A stretch of 61,067 nt of DNA, the filler included. It is 4 parts of 4 records of this genome, joined end to end, with 100 filler letters (N's around TTAATTAATTAA, not from the genome) between each part and the next. Parts side by side here need not be neighbours in the genome. Positions count along the whole stretch, not along the records: positions 17,688 to 44,626 come from SRR2962707_4905; 3 more parts are not named here. One strand, given 5' to 3'. Position numbers and translations under genes: made by a program. Shown here piece by piece: positions 18,294 to 28,345 of this stretch. The notes below the pieces were generated by a model. It made no database searches and had not been told where the DNA came from. It was given only the letters and a program-made list of their open reading frames with translations. The stretch's first letter is position 1. Every line of letters starts with the position of its first letter.

Positions 18294-19136
18294 ATGACAA
18301 TCGCAGTAACAGGCGCAACGGGCCAACTTGGCCGCATTATCATTAAAAAACTTATCGCCGATCTGGCTGCAGACGACATCGTCGCTTTGGTCCGCTCACC
18401 TGAGAAAGCCGCTGACCTTGGCGTACCTGTTCGCTTAGCTGATTATGACAAGCGAGAGACGTTGGCACCGGCACTCGAAGGCGTAGAAAAGCTTTTGCTG
18501 ATTTCGGGCAGCGAGATCGGTAAACGCGCAACCCAGCATAAGGCTATTATTGATGCGGCTAAGAAAAGCGGCGTAAAGTATATCGTTTATACAAGCCTTC
18601 TTGATGCAGACAACAGCCCGCTTAGCCTCGCGGCTGAACACATTGAAACCGAAGCCATGATCAAAGCTTCTGGCATTGATTACACAATCATGCGCCATGG
18701 CTGGTACACAGAAAACTATACGGGTTCTGTGCCCGGCGCTGTGGCAGCGGGTGCCTTTGTTGGTTCAGCGGGTGAAGGCAAAATTTCATCGGCGACACGC
18801 GAAGACTATGCGCTAGCCGATGTCGTTGTTATCACGGGCAAAGACCATGAAGGCAAAACCTATGAACTTGCTGGCGACGAGGCCTATACACTCAGTGACC
18901 TTGCCGCTGAGATCAGCAAGCAAACTGGTAAAACAATCCCTTATCAGAACTTACCAGAAGCAGAATATGCGAAAATTCTTGTTTCAGTTGGTCTTCCTGA
19001 AGGATTTGCTGGTGCATTGGCAAGCTTTGATGTGGACGCGTCAAACGGTGCATTGTTCCACGAAGGCAATGAGCTATCAACGCTTATTGGCCGCCCAACA
19101 ACACCGCTAACAGATGCTGTCGCTGCCGTTTTATAA
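18294..19136 (+). CDS. qorB: NAD(P)H:quinone oxidoreductase, NmrA-like atypical SDR (YtfG/QorB-like)
   Basis: IAVTGATGQLG, LLLISGSEIGKR, GWYTENY and LIGRPTTPL motifs; paired with the HxlR regulator. Confidence 0.85.
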   Translation: MTIAVTGATGQLGRIIIKKLIADLAADDIVALVRSPEKAADLGVPVRLADYDKRETLAPALEGVEKLLLISGSEIGKRATQHKAIIDAAKKSGVKYIVYTSLLDADNSPLSLAAEHIETEAMIKASGIDYTIMRHGWYTENYTGSVPGAVAAGAFVGSAGEGKISSATREDYALADVVVITGKDHEGKTYELAGDEAYTLSDLAAEISKQTGKTIPYQNLPEAEYAKILVSVGLPEGFAGALASFDVDASNGALFHEGNELSTLIGRPTTPLTDAVAAVL

Positions 19137-19156
19137 TCAGCGATAACAAGACTATG

Positions 19157-19190
19157 AAGCTGGCGCGGATAATCCCTGCGCCAGCTTTTT
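19157..19190 (+). terminator. Intrinsic terminator between convergent qorB and phnN
   Basis: AAGCTGGCGCGG ... CTGCGCCAGCTT stem followed by a T-run. Confidence 0.8.
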
Positions 19191-19770
19191 AACTGACTAA
19201 ACGCTGCTCAAGCGCTTCGCTGACAATATCAGCCACACGCTTGCCTGCAGTATCAAGTGAACCTGAATTATCAACGCGAACCGCATTGAAATGTGATGCG
19301 ATCTGCACATCCATACGTTCAAGCCGCCGGCTAATTTCTTCGGCCGTTTCGCGGCCGCGTTCGGCCAGTCTTTTCGATAAAATCGCCCGATCAACAACCA
19401 GATTAACGACCAAAATATTGGGGAACACCGCCTGCAAATCATCCAATGCACGGCGCGAGCCATTGGCGATGGCGACACCGCCCCCATTCAGATGATGTAG
19501 TACATCCGTCGGAATACCGTAGCTTAAACCATGTGCATCCCACGTGACGGCAAATTCACCTGCTGCCTTTGCCTCACCGAATTGCTCGCGCGTTAGGCTG
19601 TCATGATCTTCGCTCGCCCCGCCATCAATGCGGGTCACCGTCCGGCGCGCAAACAGCACATCTCGGTTACCAGCAAAGTAGGTTTTCAGCCAATCAATGA
19701 CGGAATCCTTGCCTGCACCGCTTGGCCCAACGACTGCGATAAGCAGGCCGTTTGTCTTATCTTTAGACAA
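19189..19770 (-). CDS. phnN: Ribose 1,5-bisphosphokinase PhnN
   Basis: VVGPSGAGKDS P-loop, WDAHGLSYGIP, ANGSR and RLAERGRE motifs. Start is TTG 19770 or GTG 19773, overlapping the phnM stop; the ORF track extends to 19857. Confidence 0.9.
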   Translation of the reverse strand: MSKDKTNGLLIAVVGPSGAGKDSVIDWLKTYFAGNRDVLFARRTVTRIDGGASEDHDSLTREQFGEAKAAGEFAVTWDAHGLSYGIPTDVLHHLNGGGVAIANGSRRALDDLQAVFPNILVVNLVVDRAILSKRLAERGRETAEEISRRLERMDVQIASHFNAVRVDNSGSLDTAGKRVADIVSEALEQRLVS

Positions 19771-20905
19771 CACGCTCTCCCTGACGCCACACAGAACGTA
19801 CGACCGGTATCGCGCCGTTTGCGCGTCGAACGCGCGACATGTCTGCACGCAGACCAACTTTCAAGCTGCCACGGTCAGACAAACCGACCTGACGTGCTGG
19901 ATTTGCTGAGACCATGGATATAGCCTTCGGCAGGCTTATCTCATCAATTTCATCGGCCATTAAAAACGGTGCATAGATGAGGCTGAACGGCACATAGTCC
20001 GAAGATAGAATATCGAGCACATTTGCCTGCGCCAATTCACGCGCAGCAATGTTTCCGCTGTGTGACTTGCCACGCACCACATTTGGCGCGCCCATGAGCA
20101 CACCAAGGCCTGCTTCATGAGACGCGCGTGCCGCTTCAATGCTCGTTGGGAACTCTGCAACTGACACGCCAAATTTCGACGATTCTTCAACATGGGCAAG
20201 CGTTGCATCATCATGGCTTGCCATCGCAATATTACGTGCACGGCACTCAGCGGCCAAGGAAGCGCGATGCTTATCTGAATAAGTCGCTGATTGCTGCTGA
20301 CGGCGTTCGACAAAAACGCGGAATTCATCATCGGTCAAACCGCGCTTTGTTTTGTAGTAAAGCGTATATTGTTCCATGGTTTGGAATTGGCGTTGGCCGG
20401 GCGCATGGTCCATCAATGAGACTAGGCCGACACTAGGATCATCACCAAATTCTTCAAAATGTTCCAGCACATCGGGTGCAGATACTTCGCAGCGCAAATG
20501 GATGCGGTGTTCTGCGCGCAAACGATGATCCATTTGTGCATCGGCAATTGCTGACGACATTGCGCGCATCTCGCCTTTTTTAAAACCCGAGCCTTCGTCC
20601 GTGCCAAGACGCAGACAATCAAAAACCGTTGTGATGCCCGATGCGGCGACTTGCACATCATGCGCCTGAATAGCTGCGGTTAGGTTCCAAACAACGCCTG
20701 GGCGCGGCGTATAGTGCTGTTCAAGGTGGTCGGTGTGGAGTTCAATCAAACCGGGCAAAATGTAATCGCCCTCAGCGTCTTCGCCCACACTGCTGGCACC
20801 CGGGTGCATTTCTGCGATTATCCCGTCACGAATGACGATTGAACCATGCATAATCTCGTCTTCAAGAACCAGTTGCGCGTTTCTTATGATTTTCTCGGCG
20901 GTCAT
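19763..20905 (-). CDS. phnM: alpha-D-ribose 1-methylphosphonate 5-triphosphate diphosphatase
   Basis: PGLIELHTDHLE, MDHAPGQRQF, GAPNVVRGKSHSGN and LSSDYVP motifs. Confidence 0.95.
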   Translation of the reverse strand: MTAEKIIRNAQLVLEDEIMHGSIVIRDGIIAEMHPGASSVGEDAEGDYILPGLIELHTDHLEQHYTPRPGVVWNLTAAIQAHDVQVAASGITTVFDCLRLGTDEGSGFKKGEMRAMSSAIADAQMDHRLRAEHRIHLRCEVSAPDVLEHFEEFGDDPSVGLVSLMDHAPGQRQFQTMEQYTLYYKTKRGLTDDEFRVFVERRQQQSATYSDKHRASLAAECRARNIAMASHDDATLAHVEESSKFGVSVAEFPTSIEAARASHEAGLGVLMGAPNVVRGKSHSGNIAARELAQANVLDILSSDYVPFSLIYAPFLMADEIDEISLPKAISMVSANPARQVGLSDRGSLKVGLRADMSRVRRANGAIPVVRSVWRQGERVV

Positions 20906-20916
20906 TTTATTATCTT

Positions 20917-21606
20917 TCAGACTAGATTTGAGGCATTTAGGTCCGCGATACGGTGAACCGTAAACGGCGTCTTGGGCGCGGTTTCGATGAAAAGGCCCAA
21001 GGTGTCGATATGCAGTGGCTGATCTATAAATTCAGCGAAATGATGGCGCAGCGCGGCTTCCACTTCATCTGATTTATCGGCAGGAACAGCATCGCTTAAA
21101 GTTAGATGAAAGCGAAACTCGTCCATAACATAAGGATAGCCCCAACGCATGAGATGTTCACGCTGGCGCGGTGTCAATTTGTCTGGATTTCTGCGCTCAA
21201 TATCGCCTTGCGTTAAAGCTGCGCGCATCGGTTCAAAAGTTTTGACTGCCGCGCTCGCTAGTGCCGATAAAGCATCATCTGGTTCAGCGGGTACAAGCGC
21301 AAAGAATGATCCCAACTTACCGAGAGTTAACTTAGGCAATGTGAAGGCTGGTTGTCCCGCACAAAAGCTATCAAAGAGTTCGACAAGTTCTTTTTCATCG
21401 ACTGCTTCAGCTAAGCGAAATGGTGCTTTTAATGTACCGTGAAAGCCATAGCGCCGCGGCGACACTACATGCGCATCTAAGCCATGCGCGGTTTCAACAT
21501 CCACATCCTCAAATGCGTCGCGTCCAAGCCATGTCGCCACGGACTTGCTCAGCGCGCTTTGAGCACGCGGTGTATAGTAAACTGCATAGCGCATGATTTC
21601 ACTCAA
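20917..21606 (-). CDS. DUF1045 phosphonate-operon protein (2H phosphoesterase-like)
   Basis: RYAVYYTP, PRRYGFHGTLKAPF and WGYPYVMDEFRFHLTL, i.e. two HxT motifs. Confidence 0.85.
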   Translation of the reverse strand: MSEIMRYAVYYTPRAQSALSKSVATWLGRDAFEDVDVETAHGLDAHVVSPRRYGFHGTLKAPFRLAEAVDEKELVELFDSFCAGQPAFTLPKLTLGKLGSFFALVPAEPDDALSALASAAVKTFEPMRAALTQGDIERRNPDKLTPRQREHLMRWGYPYVMDEFRFHLTLSDAVPADKSDEVEAALRHHFAEFIDQPLHIDTLGLFIETAPKTPFTVHRIADLNASNLV

Positions 21607-23207
21607 TGATGTGACTTACCGATAAGTCTTGTTCTAAGGGCGCTGGATACAGCGTCAAATACAAAAACAACAATAAGAATAAGGATAACCATATAAAATA
21701 CGTTTTCCCAGTCTTGGTTGGTGCGCATTGCTTCCCAAAGTTTAAGACCGATACCGCCTGCACCCACCGCGCCGATGATTGTCGCTGATCGTGTGTTTGA
21801 TTCCCAGAAATAAAGCGCCTGACTGATCAAAATTGGTAAGACCTGCGGTACGACACCATAGCGCTGAACCGCGACCGGCGATGCACCGACGGAGCGAATG
21901 CCTTCACGTTGCTTATCATCGATGTTTTCAAGCGCCTCAGAGTAGAGCTTTCCGAATGTGCCTGTGTCGGTGAAGAAGATTGCAGAGATACCCGCTAGCG
22001 GTCCCGGACCAAAGGCACGGGTGAAGAACAATGCCCAAATCAACATATCGACGGAGCGCATAAAGTCGAAAAAGCGTTTCAAAACTTGGTTCAGAACCGG
22101 ATAAGGCGTGATGTTTCGTGCGGCTAAGAAGGATAGCGGGAATGCGATAATCACTGCGAAAAGCGTACCAACAAAAGCCATGACGATTGTTTGCAACAGT
22201 TTGATATACACATCGCCATGTTGCCACTCGGCGTTATTGAGGAAATTATCGACCATCAGAGAAAGGTTCGACTGGCCTTCAACAAGGCGCGGCCCTGAAA
22301 ATAGCAATGACGTAATTTCGCCGAAGGATTTGCCCCAATAAAGTGAATCGGGATCAAAGAAGAAGTTTTCCCACCCAAGGAAACGGCGGCTGACTTTAAT
22401 TTCCGTTGAGCGAACTTCCGCGCGGCCTGCGAAGCCGAAGCTAACAAAGACTTTGCCGCCCTCTTCTTTTTGCAACGCCCATTCCGGTAATTCACCACGC
22501 GGCGTCACCGTCTTAGCCGCTGCATCAATTTCCAATTCTAAAGTTTGGCCGCCTCGCGTGACAGCTACCAAGCTTGGCGTCGCTGTAATCTCACCGCTAG
22601 AGCCATAAACAATCGTCGCCTCGGCAATGCCTTGCTTTGTGACTGGTCCTAGATCTTTCTTGGCCGCCTCTTCCGGTGTTTGCGCGCCGCCCATATTCGT
22701 CGCCGATGAACTGGAAGACATAAAGCTGAAGCCGCCAGTTGCTGTTTTAGCAGCTGTGTCACCAGCATCACCCGCCTCGACGGGCGCTACAAATGCATTA
22801 CCCGAGGCCGCTTTTGATTCAGAAGCGCCGCCATCGGTATCAATGATCGTGACTGTTCCCTCAGTCTTTGTCACCCAATCAGGATTTGGATTATGCCCAA
22901 GTGGTGAGAAACGCGGATATTCAATCTTGATTTCGCCCGTGCGGTAATCAACATCTGGGCGTACTTCATAGGAAATCCAATCAGCCAAATAAGTGCCGGC
23001 GATGTCCCAACGCGCCTCATTGACCACTTTGCCGATGGAGAAGAACCAGCCGACATAGATAAGATAAAGTGCTACAATCCCTATCGTTATAGGCACCGCA
23101 AATGTTTTCAAAAATGGACGTTTAAAAGCATCGGGGAACCGATCTTTGATTGAATTTAATTCGCTGGAGGTAATAGTCGCCGCTGCCATTTGATGTGTCA
23201 TGGTCAT
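21603..23207 (-). CDS. phnE: Phosphonate ABC permease PhnE, long form with a large extracytoplasmic insert
   Basis: C-terminal permease domain (GKLYSEALEN, WESNTRSATIIGAVGAGGIG); 534 aa. Confidence 0.9.
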   Translation of the reverse strand: MTMTHQMAAATITSSELNSIKDRFPDAFKRPFLKTFAVPITIGIVALYLIYVGWFFSIGKVVNEARWDIAGTYLADWISYEVRPDVDYRTGEIKIEYPRFSPLGHNPNPDWVTKTEGTVTIIDTDGGASESKAASGNAFVAPVEAGDAGDTAAKTATGGFSFMSSSSSATNMGGAQTPEEAAKKDLGPVTKQGIAEATIVYGSSGEITATPSLVAVTRGGQTLELEIDAAAKTVTPRGELPEWALQKEEGGKVFVSFGFAGRAEVRSTEIKVSRRFLGWENFFFDPDSLYWGKSFGEITSLLFSGPRLVEGQSNLSLMVDNFLNNAEWQHGDVYIKLLQTIVMAFVGTLFAVIIAFPLSFLAARNITPYPVLNQVLKRFFDFMRSVDMLIWALFFTRAFGPGPLAGISAIFFTDTGTFGKLYSEALENIDDKQREGIRSVGASPVAVQRYGVVPQVLPILISQALYFWESNTRSATIIGAVGAGGIGLKLWEAMRTNQDWENVFYMVILILIVVFVFDAVSSALRTRLIGKSHH

Positions 23208-24178
23208 GCTCCAAACTCGAAGGCTTGTTTGCCAACAAGACGTTTACGCAAATAGGCTGATAGCTGGTCGACACAGATGATCGTGACAAACAGCAAAAGG
23301 ATGATTGCGAGTGTTTTTGCTTCATGGCCGCGGCTGATTGAGAGGCGCAATTGCTCACCAATACCGCCAGCGCCAACAGCGCCCAAAATGGTTGAAGCAC
23401 GCACATTGATCTCTAAGCGCAGCAAGGTGTAGCTCAAAAAATTTGGTAATATCTGCGGCACTGTGCCGAACCAGACTCGCTCAATCCAATTGCCGCCCAC
23501 AGCGCGCAAGCCTTCATCGGCTTTCATGTCTGCATTTTCTACGACTTCGTAGAACATTTTGCCCAGCGATCCGATTGTATGAATACTCACTGCAATGATT
23601 GCGGGGATGGGACCGAGTGAGAAGATCGCAAGGAAAAAGCCCGCGATAACGATCTCAGGAAACGCGCGAAGAATTTCAAGAATACGGCGCGTGATAAAGC
23701 GCAGCCAAGCGGTTGTTGTCAGGTTTTTGGCAGCTAGAAAGCACAGCGAGAAACCGAAGGTAAAACCAATAATAGTTGAGAATATAGCGACGTTAAGCGT
23801 CTCAATCATCTTGTAAAAATATTCAGGCAGATAGAGCGACTGCGTAAAATAAACGCGCCCTTCAGGATAGTTATATTTGAGGGAGCCATCATCATAGGGG
23901 CTCGGCAAATCAAACATAGCGCGCCAGATTTCTGTGCCATCGCGCGGGATTAAATCACCTACGAAGTCGAACAGATGTGGCAAACGATCTAGGAATTTGC
24001 CTGAATTTGTCTCGTTGGCAAACCAAAGCGAGAAGAACAGCGCTACAAGTATCGCCCCTATTCCAAGCACTGTATAAAGGCGTTTTTGCCTATTAAGCTG
24101 CTGAAAGTGGCCTTCAACATCATAGTGCCCGTCCTTGCCAATAAAGGCGTCAGGACTTGTAATATCGGTGCTTGTCAT
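23204..24178 (-). CDS. phnE: Phosphonate ABC permease PhnE
   Basis: LRAFPEIV, LGKMFYEVVEN and LEINVRASTILGAVGAGGIG motifs. Confidence 0.92.
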   Translation of the reverse strand: MTSTDITSPDAFIGKDGHYDVEGHFQQLNRQKRLYTVLGIGAILVALFFSLWFANETNSGKFLDRLPHLFDFVGDLIPRDGTEIWRAMFDLPSPYDDGSLKYNYPEGRVYFTQSLYLPEYFYKMIETLNVAIFSTIIGFTFGFSLCFLAAKNLTTTAWLRFITRRILEILRAFPEIVIAGFFLAIFSLGPIPAIIAVSIHTIGSLGKMFYEVVENADMKADEGLRAVGGNWIERVWFGTVPQILPNFLSYTLLRLEINVRASTILGAVGAGGIGEQLRLSISRGHEAKTLAIILLLFVTIICVDQLSAYLRKRLVGKQAFEFGA

Positions 24179-24197
24179 GGGAGCTTCCAATTAATGC

Positions 24198-24227
24198 AAA
24201 ACACCGCGCCCAAGATGAGCGCGGTGC
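24198..24227 (-). terminator. Stem-loop/partial terminator between phnD and phnE
   Basis: GCACCGCGCTCA-TCT-TGGGCGCGGTGT followed by TTT on the minus strand. Confidence 0.6.
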
Positions 24228-24243
24228 ATTGTAGATTTATCGA

Positions 24244-25152
24244 TTAAGAACCGATTTTAGCTTTACGAGCAGCAATGATCGTCTGATAGAAAGACTGATC
24301 AACATCTGTGAAGCCTTTATAATCGCCGCCCTGGATTGCTGAGAAGCAATCAGCATCTGTTTCTGGTAAAGCTTTCATGTAAGACACGAACTTAGCACGT
24401 GTGTCTTGATCAAGCTTGTTAGAAACAACGATTGGGCCGTTAGGGATAAGCGGCGAACGCCAAACTTCGTTTACGTCAGCCATATCCAATAGGCCTTTGT
24501 CGACCATTTTACGGATGTTACCTGATGTGTAACCATCTTCGTAGTTGCCAACACCTGAAGCCCAAGTAACAGAAGCGTCGAAAGTACCTTTTAGCATTTC
24601 AAGAACGCCGTTTTCATGCCCGCCGCCGAAACCAGTTGATGCGAAATATTGATCAAGCGGCTCGCCAAGTTCTGCTGGTAGAGCAACTGAAGGCACAAGA
24701 TAGCCAGACGTTGAGTCAGGATCAGCAAAACCGAGTTTTTTGCCTTTCATATCAGCCAATGTTGCAATGCCTGAATCTTTGCGTGCAAGCATGATTGAGT
24801 AATAGCCAGTTGCGCCATCAGTCTGAACAGTTGTCAAAACTGGATCAACAGCTTCAGGGTCTGTTAGGTAAACTTTGGCATAGCCAGAAGCGCCAAGCTC
24901 AGCATAATCAAGTGTGCCACCAAGAAGACCTTGGATAACGCCATCATAGTCAGCTGCTGGGAATAGTTTAACTTCTTTAACGCCGATAGCAGCTGGAAGC
25001 TGATCTACAAGGCATTGGAAGTTACGTAGGCGGTCTGCTTGGTTTTCGCCACCAAGGATACCGATGCGGAAAACGTCCTGCGCCTGCGCAGCAACAGAAC
25101 CTGTGAAAATTGCAGCAACAGCAGTCGCTGCTAGTAGAGCTTTCTTAAGCAT
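24244..25152 (-). CDS. phnD: Phosphonate ABC substrate-binding protein
   Basis: Signal peptide MLKKALL...AQA from ATG 25152 (AGGAG RBS); ADPDSTSGYLVP and GGGHE motifs. Confidence 0.93.
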   Translation of the reverse strand: MLKKALLAATAVAAIFTGSVAAQAQDVFRIGILGGENQADRLRNFQCLVDQLPAAIGVKEVKLFPAADYDGVIQGLLGGTLDYAELGASGYAKVYLTDPEAVDPVLTTVQTDGATGYYSIMLARKDSGIATLADMKGKKLGFADPDSTSGYLVPSVALPAELGEPLDQYFASTGFGGGHENGVLEMLKGTFDASVTWASGVGNYEDGYTSGNIRKMVDKGLLDMADVNEVWRSPLIPNGPIVVSNKLDQDTRAKFVSYMKALPETDADCFSAIQGGDYKGFTDVDQSFYQTIIAARKAKIGS

Positions 25153-25239
25153 ATTATCTCTCCTGAGATTGGGGTTACCCGTTGGTCGGAAAATTAACTC
25201 AGCGATACCGATCGACCGTTTCCGGCACCGCAAACTTTT

Positions 25240-26094
25240 TTAGTTGTCAGCCATGTGAGTTGAAGCGAGAGCTCGTTTTTCGATTTCGAGCACTTTTTTC
25301 TCGGTTGCATTTTTCGTCAGGCTGGTTGACGTCACTGCTTCTGAGAATGCTTCGTCGAATTCATCAGCGCCGTAGATTTTTCGCGCCGCAGATTCCGTCA
25401 ATTCATTTGGCGTTCCGTCGAAAACAACAACGCCGCCCTGCATGCCGATAATACGATCTGAATAGGCACGAGCCGTATCGAGCGTGTGAAGATTGGTGAT
25501 GACCGTGATGCCGTCTTTCTTATTGATATCGCGCAAGGCCTGCATCACGATCTGCGCATTGCGCGGATCAAGCGAAGCAATCGGTTCATCGGCGAGAATC
25601 ACTTTTGGCTGCTGCATCAACGCACGAGCAATTGCGACACGTTGCTGCTGACCGCCAGACAATGTCCCTGCCCGCTGCATTGCCGCTTTCTCAATGCCTA
25701 AGCGTTCAAGCGCAGCAATAGCCAGCGCGCGCTCTTCTTCTGAAAAGATATTGAGAAGACTTGCAACAGTAGAACGATGGTTCAAGCGGCCAAGCATAAC
25801 ATTGGTCAAAACATCAATGCGTGGCACCAAATTAAACTGCTGGAAAATCATGGCGCAGTCGCGTTGCCAATCACGCAGTTTTTGGCCTTTGAGGTTCGAT
25901 ACGGTTGATCCACCAAAATTGATTTCACCTTCTGAGGTGTCGATCAGACGGTTGATCATGCGTAGCAAGGTTGATTTACCAGCACCGGAAGCACCAATGA
26001 TGCCGACCATTTGGCCTTCAGGAATATCAACATTGACATTGTTTACCGCGATGTTTGTTCCAAATCGTCGGGTAACATTTTTCAGTTCAAGCAT
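25240..26094 (-). CDS. phnC: Phosphonate ABC ATP-binding protein
   Basis: [32 protein letters not shown] and [10 protein letters not shown] motifs. Confidence 0.95.
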   Translation of the reverse strand: MLELKNVTRRFGTNIAVNNVNVDIPEGQMVGIIGASGAGKSTLLRMINRLIDTSEGEINFGGSTVSNLKGQKLRDWQRDCAMIFQQFNLVPRIDVLTNVMLGRLNHRSTVASLLNIFSEEERALAIAALERLGIEKAAMQRAGTLSGGQQQRVAIARALMQQPKVILADEPIASLDPRNAQIVMQALRDINKKDGITVITNLHTLDTARAYSDRIIGMQGGVVVFDGTPNELTESAARKIYGADEFDEAFSEAVTSTSLTKNATEKKVLEIEKRALASTHMADN

Positions 26095-26148
26095 ACGCCT
26101 ACCTTAGTGTTTAATGTCCGTTTCTATCGCCCCTCCTAAACACCCTAT

Positions 26149-26188
26149 GTGAACGTCAAATGTCAGATTTGTGTAGCCTTCGTGACAT
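26149..26188 (-). promoter_or_regulatory. Tandem Pho boxes (PhoB sites) upstream of phnC
   Basis: Four heptamers at 11-bp period on the minus strand: ATGTCAC-gaag-GCTACAC-aaat-CTGACAT-ttga-CGTTCAC (consensus CTGTCAT-N4). Confidence 0.7.
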
Positions 26189-26214
26189 GCGAGATTCCTT
26201 GCCGTGCAAGTCAT

Positions 26215-26832
26215 CTAGCTGTCATATTTGTCGACAAATTCTTGTGCAGACAATTTGCGGAAATCGCTCAGCGCAGCATGAAGTTTATCGTGCGGCCAAT
26301 CCCACCACGCAAGTTGATCCATGCGTTCGCCAATTTCATTTTCAAACCGCATTTTTATCAATTTTGCAGGCACGCCGCCAACCACGCTGTAAGGCGCGAC
26401 ATCTTTGGAAACGACAGCACCGGCGCCAACAACTGCGCCATTACCGATATTCACACCCGGCAAAATTGTTGCGCCATGGCCTATCCAAACATCATGTCCA
26501 ATGATGATTTGATGATCGCGGCGCCATTGGAAAAACTCTGCATCATTTTCTGCACCGTCAAAATAATCGCCTGCGCGATAGGTGAAATGATGCTGCGTTG
26601 CGCGCCACATTGGATGGTTCGTCGCGTTAATGCGCACATGGCTGGCAATATTGACAAATTTGCCAATCTTCACGCACCACGCTTCTGTTTGGCGCACGAG
26701 GTATGAATAATCACCGATTTCGCATTCGGAGACGATGCAGCCTTCAGCGATTTCCGTGTAACGACCAATCGTCGAATTGGTTACCATAGCCGTCTCATGA
26801 ATGAGCGGCTTTTCTGATAATTTCTTGTCCAT
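26215..26832 (-). CDS. Hexapeptide-repeat acyltransferase of phosphonate operons
   Basis: Left-handed beta-helix repeats, [18 protein letters not shown] and [17 protein letters not shown]; lies between phnL and phnC. Confidence 0.88.
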   Translation of the reverse strand: MDKKLSEKPLIHETAMVTNSTIGRYTEIAEGCIVSECEIGDYSYLVRQTEAWCVKIGKFVNIASHVRINATNHPMWRATQHHFTYRAGDYFDGAENDAEFFQWRRDHQIIIGHDVWIGHGATILPGVNIGNGAVVGAGAVVSKDVAPYSVVGGVPAKLIKMRFENEIGERMDQLAWWDWPHDKLHAALSDFRKLSAQEFVDKYDS

Positions 26833-26846
26833 TGAGGATACCTTTC

Positions 26847-27548
26847 TCAAGCCGCGATTTTGGGCGCAAACTCAGCGACATTGATAATGCGATCAGCCAC
26901 CTGTTCACGCACTTCCTCATCGTGGAAAATGCCCAACAGCGCAGTGCCGCTGGCCTTTTTCTGCGTGATTAGTTCAACCACCACAGCGCGGTTTGCCGCA
27001 TCCAATGATGCCGTTGGTTCATCAAGCAATAAAATTGGATGATCGGTTATGAAGCCACGGGCAATGTTGACGCGTTGCTGCTCACCGCCAGAAAATGTTG
27101 CAGGCGGCAAAGACCATAGATGCTCAGGCAGGTTCAAACGCGCAAATAATTCGCTGGCCCGCGCGCGCGCCACTTCTTGACCTTCGCCTCGGATGACCAA
27201 TGGTTCCGCGGCCACATCTAAGGCCGAGACACGCGGCACCGTGCGCAAAAACTGGCTAACATAGCCAATTGTATCGCGGCGTGCCTGCAAAATCGTGCGC
27301 GGATCCGCAGCCACTAGATCTAAATGTTTGCCGTGATGCGAGACCAGAATTTGACCGCTATTAACGGCGTAATTGCCATAGAGCATTTTCAAAATAGAAC
27401 TTTTGCCAACGCCAGACGGACCACCCAGAACAGCGCATTCGCCCGCTGAAATTGAAAAATTCACATTCTCAACAACGGGAATAACGATGCCGTCGCGCAA
27501 GTGCATGGTGAAGGTTTTTGCAACTTCTGAAACAATTAGAGGGACCAT
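26847..27548 (-). CDS. phnL: C-P lyase system ATPase PhnL
   Basis: [28 protein letters not shown] and [18 protein letters not shown] motifs. Confidence 0.95.
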   Translation of the reverse strand: MVPLIVSEVAKTFTMHLRDGIVIPVVENVNFSISAGECAVLGGPSGVGKSSILKMLYGNYAVNSGQILVSHHGKHLDLVAADPRTILQARRDTIGYVSQFLRTVPRVSALDVAAEPLVIRGEGQEVARARASELFARLNLPEHLWSLPPATFSGGEQQRVNIARGFITDHPILLLDEPTASLDAANRAVVVELITQKKASGTALLGIFHDEEVREQVADRIINVAEFAPKIAA

Positions 27549-27550
27549 GG

Positions 27551-28345
27551 TTACACCTGTAAAATAGAGGAAACGAGGAGCTGCGTGTAAGGCTGCTGTG
27601 GGTCATCAAGAACGCGGTCTGTTAGCCCTGTCTCAATGACATTACCGTCTTTCATCACCATGATACGGTGTGATAACAATCGCGCCACGGCCAGATCATG
27701 GGTGACAACAATCACCGCCAGTCCGAGCTCGCTGACAAGCCCGCGCAGCAAATCGAGCATACGTGCTTGCACTGAAACATCGAGGCCGCCGGTAGGTTCA
27801 TCCATAAAGACAAGGCGTGGATGAGTGACCAAATTACGCGCAATCTGCAAGCGCTGACGCATACCACCAGAGAATGCTCGTGGCTGATCGTCAACGCGGT
27901 CCTCTTTGATTTCGACACGGCCAAGCCAATCAATTGCCGTATCGCGAATATTGCCATAATGACGCTCGCCAACAGCCATAAGACGTTCACCAACATTGGC
28001 GCCTGCTGACACGCTCATGCGCAATCCGTCTGCTGGATTTTGATGCACAAAACCCCAGTCTGTCCGCATGAGAAAGCGGCGCTCTGCTTCACTCATTTGA
28101 TACAGATCGCGCCATGATTCATCGCGCATCCGGTAGCTGATTGTGCCGGTTGTTGGCTCTAGACGTGTCGAAATTGAATTGAGCAATGTCGTTTTGCCCG
28201 ATCCACTCTCTCCCACGATGGCGAGTACTTCGCCTGGAAACAGTTCAAATGACACATCGCGGCAGCCGATACGCGAGCCGTAAAGTTTTGACAGGCCGGA
28301 AACTTTTAGAAGTGGCTTTTCTTTCACCATATTGTCGTTTGTCAT
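27551..28345 (-). CDS. phnK: C-P lyase system ATPase PhnK
   Basis: GESGSGKTT, RTDWGFVHQNP, GANVGERLM and FSGGMRQRLQIAR motifs. Confidence 0.96.
   Translation of the reverse strand: MTNDNMVKEKPLLKVSGLSKLYGSRIGCRDVSFELFPGEVLAIVGESGSGKTTLLNSISTRLEPTTGTISYRMRDESWRDLYQMSEAERRFLMRTDWGFVHQNPADGLRMSVSAGANVGERLMAVGERHYGNIRDTAIDWLGRVEIKEDRVDDQPRAFSGGMRQRLQIARNLVTHPRLVFMDEPTGGLDVSVQARMLDLLRGLVSELGLAVIVVTHDLAVARLLSHRIMVMKDGNVIETGLTDRVLDDPQQPYTQLLVSSILQV

Noticed and set aside
26215..26850. Chloramphenicol/streptogramin acetyltransferase (CatB/Vat) resistance gene
   Set aside because: The fold is shared, but the gene is embedded in the phn operon and has no mobile context.
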